Below, in pieces: positions 61,079 through 64,000 of a stretch of 64,000 nt of DNA (the stretch's first letter is position 1; each line of letters opens with the position of its first letter). Made by a program: the position numbers and the translations under genes. The notes under the pieces are model-generated. The model did no database searches, had not been told where the DNA came from, and was given only the letters and a program-made list of their open reading frames with translations. Source of the DNA: Takakia lepidozioides (lineage: Eukaryota > Plantae > Bryophyta); the NCBI GenBank assembly GCA_030704615.1, contig CM060733.1, forward strand, positions 66,030,001 through 66,094,000, in the 5' to 3' direction.

Positions 61079-63989
61079 TTGTAAAAGAGAGTGGTAATGT
61101 TGAGCGATAGTAATTGAGTGAATCCAGGAGTGATAGTAAATGGTAGCATTTTCCCAAGGTAGCATTTTCGCAAGCTAGCCAGTAGCTCCGAATATCTTGT
61201 AAAGGAGAGTGGTAGTGTATTGAGTGGCAGTCGTTCGAGAAATAACATATATGAGAATCGAGTAGGAACATGGAGTAAAAATCATTGTCTAAAACTGTGT
61301 GGGGAGAGTAACAAGTGTGTAAAATTATTTGCAGTAGAGAGAGCCAGTGTGCCCAAGTAGCTTGGGGAGAGAATGCTGAGTGGTCCACACTTGGAAAATA
61401 GCCTGTAAGAAAGAGATAAGGGTTAGAGCCATGAACAAATAACGGTGAGTACAGAGTAGGGATAGTACCAAGGAGTGAGGCCCTGTCACATAACTGGAAA
61501 GAGAGGTACATGCTGAACAGAAATTGTTTGGTATTGGTATGAGAAATTGTATGAAATAGTGAGAGTCCATATGTCCAAGCAACTTGGGGAGAGGAGATCG
61601 AGAATGTCGAGTAGTCCATGCTTGAAACTGAGCCTGTGCAGAGACTATGCTTCAGCTGGTAGAGATTATGAGGTCTTGTACCTGTAGTGGATTGTGATAC
61701 CATGAGTTGGGGCTGACATGGTACAGTCCGCCGCATATGCTGGAGTTGACCATCAGGATGCCTTAGGGTTGTGCGTGGTGATTCATGTCTGACGGTTGGG
61801 CATCTCTTGAATTCGGGGAGCCATCTGGAACACAGCAACTCAGTATCAGAGAGTGATGAGAATTCAATACATGCAGCGTGAGATCTGTTTGTCAAGGAGA
61901 GGGGGGGGAGCAGCCAGGGTTGGGAGAATGGGTGGGTGTACTCCCTAAGCATGAGAGGCCCCAGGATGGCATCTTTAGCAGCTGTACCGGATGACTCTAA
62001 GGCGCCAACCAACTTATGCCAGCAGCTAAGGGCACTAGGCCAGGCCAACTGTTCCTGCCAGCGGAGGGCTCCAGTCTCGAAAAATCTCGTCAGTCCACAA
62101 AGTGGTGCTGGTGGATTTAGCTGTACGTCTGGAGGCAAGAGTGTTGCCCATTGTCGCATCACCGGGGTGACATTGTTGGCATCTGTAGCTGGACATGCAT
62201 CCTTCATGCTCTCACATTTGGCATACATATCTGCAAGGGCAGCCTTCAGTCTGTCGAACACTCCCTTTCCATCATCGATGCACCCACATTTTACATACAT
62301 GTCCACGAGGGTATTGTTCAGAATGACATTTGGTACAATTCCACCTCTGATAATGTCGCCATGGACCTCTTTACCCTTTACCAGAGCTGCCATGCTTGCA
62401 CACGTACTGCAAATGCACATAAACGTGCTGTGGTTGGGTTTCTTCCCTTCCTCCATTATTTGATCATAGGTCTCCAAAGCGTCCATATGACGTCCCTGCT
62501 GTGCATACCCTGCAAGCATCGCATTCCACGACATGCTATCTCATTCAGCTGTAGTGTTAAACATTCCCTTTGCCTCCTCGGTGCACCCACATTTTGCATA
62601 TGTGATCGCCAAGGTATAGTTCAGAAGAACAGTTGGTACAAATCCAGCTCTGACGATGTCGCCATGGACATCTTTGCCCTGTTCCAGAGCTGCCAGGGCA
62701 GAGTTCATAATGACATTTGGTATAACTCCAGCTTTGGTGATGTCAACATGCACATCTTTGCGTTTTTGCAGGGCTGCCAGGCTTGCACAAGCATTGCAAA
62801 TGCACATAAATGTAATGTGGTTGGGCTCTACCCCTTTCTCCATCATTTGATCATAGATCTCCATGACAACAGTAACAACTCCAGCCTTGACATGGCCAAT
62901 CAACCTGGCCTGCTGCTTCTGCTTTGGGGGCAGGGGTAATATCGCAATAAGATCTTTGCTTAGAAAGCCATAAAGTACATAATGAGAATCAGTGACAAAA
63001 GGTTGAGCCTCCAGGTGGAGCTGGTGAGCCATGGCATACATATCAGCAGGCTTGCCTTGCCAAAGGGTAGTGACATCAAACCAGGGTAGACAGCAGGCAT
63101 GGAGAGCAGCATGGGGGGCACATTGAGCAAAAGGGCAGGTGACTTCCCTGGATGGAGGTGACTTCCCTTCCTCAGATTCTACAGCGACGATGTTTGCAGC
63201 AATAGTTGTAGTTGTATGTACTCGAATGTTGGCCACTTGCACTCCACCTTTCACAAGAGCGCCCAGACGCGTGGTTGCCACCTGGGCCACCGTGGGATCA
63301 AGACCCTGACCCATTTCACACCTGGACTGATGGGTACTGATGCTGCCATTGGGATAGATGTTGACAAGAGCAAGTTGCTGCATGGCTTCCCACGATGCAA
63401 CAAACTTGACAGGGACGAGAGATATTCCTCGCTTCACCCACTGGTTTGAAGCATTAAAATCTTTGATTTCTCGAAGGCGACTTTCATAGCAGCTGGAATC
63501 TTTCACAGTTTCGAACACAATCTTTGCATTGCAGTGGTCCAAGTACTGCCCAGATGGAGTGGTGTCCCCTATCTTATACATGCTAGCTTCATGTATAGGG
63601 TCTGATCTCAACCGCGGCACTGGCGCAGCGTACTCAGTTGTGGCTGCTATGCTGGTAACTTGGGCAGTGCATGCTGGATTTCTCAGAGATTGTTGGCAGG
63701 GGTACTGCAATTGCCCCATAACACTGCATAACGAGAACAGAGTAGGGCGCAGCGGGAGGTGAGAAAGAACCTGTTTGTGCAGCAGAGGGGAGAGCGTAGG
63801 GCAGTCGTTGAGCATAGAAGGAAGCTGGGAGTCCAATTCAGCTTTGATGATGCTCGCATGGAGCTGCCTGCCCTGTCTCAGCTGTGCTAAGCCGGCAAAT
63901 GCAGTCAAGAGGCTAATAAACGTTGAGGGCTTGAATTTAGTTTGGATAATGTGAGAGTGCACATGCTTTCCAGCCTCAAGGCCTGGCAT
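61065..63989 (-). pseudogene. Chimeric reading frame of PPR pieces, a xanthine dehydrogenase/aldehyde oxidase piece and unassigned segments; one in-frame stop
   Basis: PPR motifs at about 62190-62870 and 63820-63989; ORFs 62541-63989 and 61065-62534 are in the same frame. Confidence 0.7.
63190..63620 (-). pseudogene. Xanthine dehydrogenase/aldehyde oxidase molybdopterin-domain fragment
   Basis: FNASNQWVKRGISLVPVKF...ALVNIYPNGSISTHQSRCEMGQGLDPTVAQVA. Confidence 0.85.
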
Positions 63990-64000
63990 CTTGATGCACT

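Overview
Eukaryotic, repeat-dense window, most likely nuclear DNA of a seed-free land plant (PLS-type PPR fragments, OSB 'PDF' motifs, chromodomain Ty3/gypsy elements with a tRNA-iMet PBS, CACTA elements, GT-AG introns). No intact host gene is evident. The window is a nest of rearranged copies of one large, unusual DNA-transposon family. Pieced together by eye, the element has four parts: (i) a Mutator-like (MULE) DDE transposase with an N-terminal GCM-like zinc domain and a SWIM-like C-terminus; (ii) a divergently oriented, spliced gene that appears to join a ParB/Srx-like domain (WDGNHRLLAW) to a beta-class amino-DNA-methyltransferase-like domain (DIPDG ... VLDLICGTG/ASI..RHLFAYEED); (iii) a small orphan ORF; (iv) arrays of a 22-24 bp palindrome (cGGAAATGCGGYRCCGCATTTCCg), at about 53-bp period in the longest array, whose half-site resembles the GCM recognition motif. 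Copies of this element were hit by two chromovirus insertions and at least three CACTA insertions (3-bp TSDs ATT, AAG, CGT), two of which carry PPR/OSB gene fragments. The right end holds an inverted gypsy-type integrase fragment and a roughly 2.9-kb chimeric PPR/xanthine-dehydrogenase reading frame. All domain calls are motif recognition by eye, without database searches. Some frameshifts may be assembly errors.
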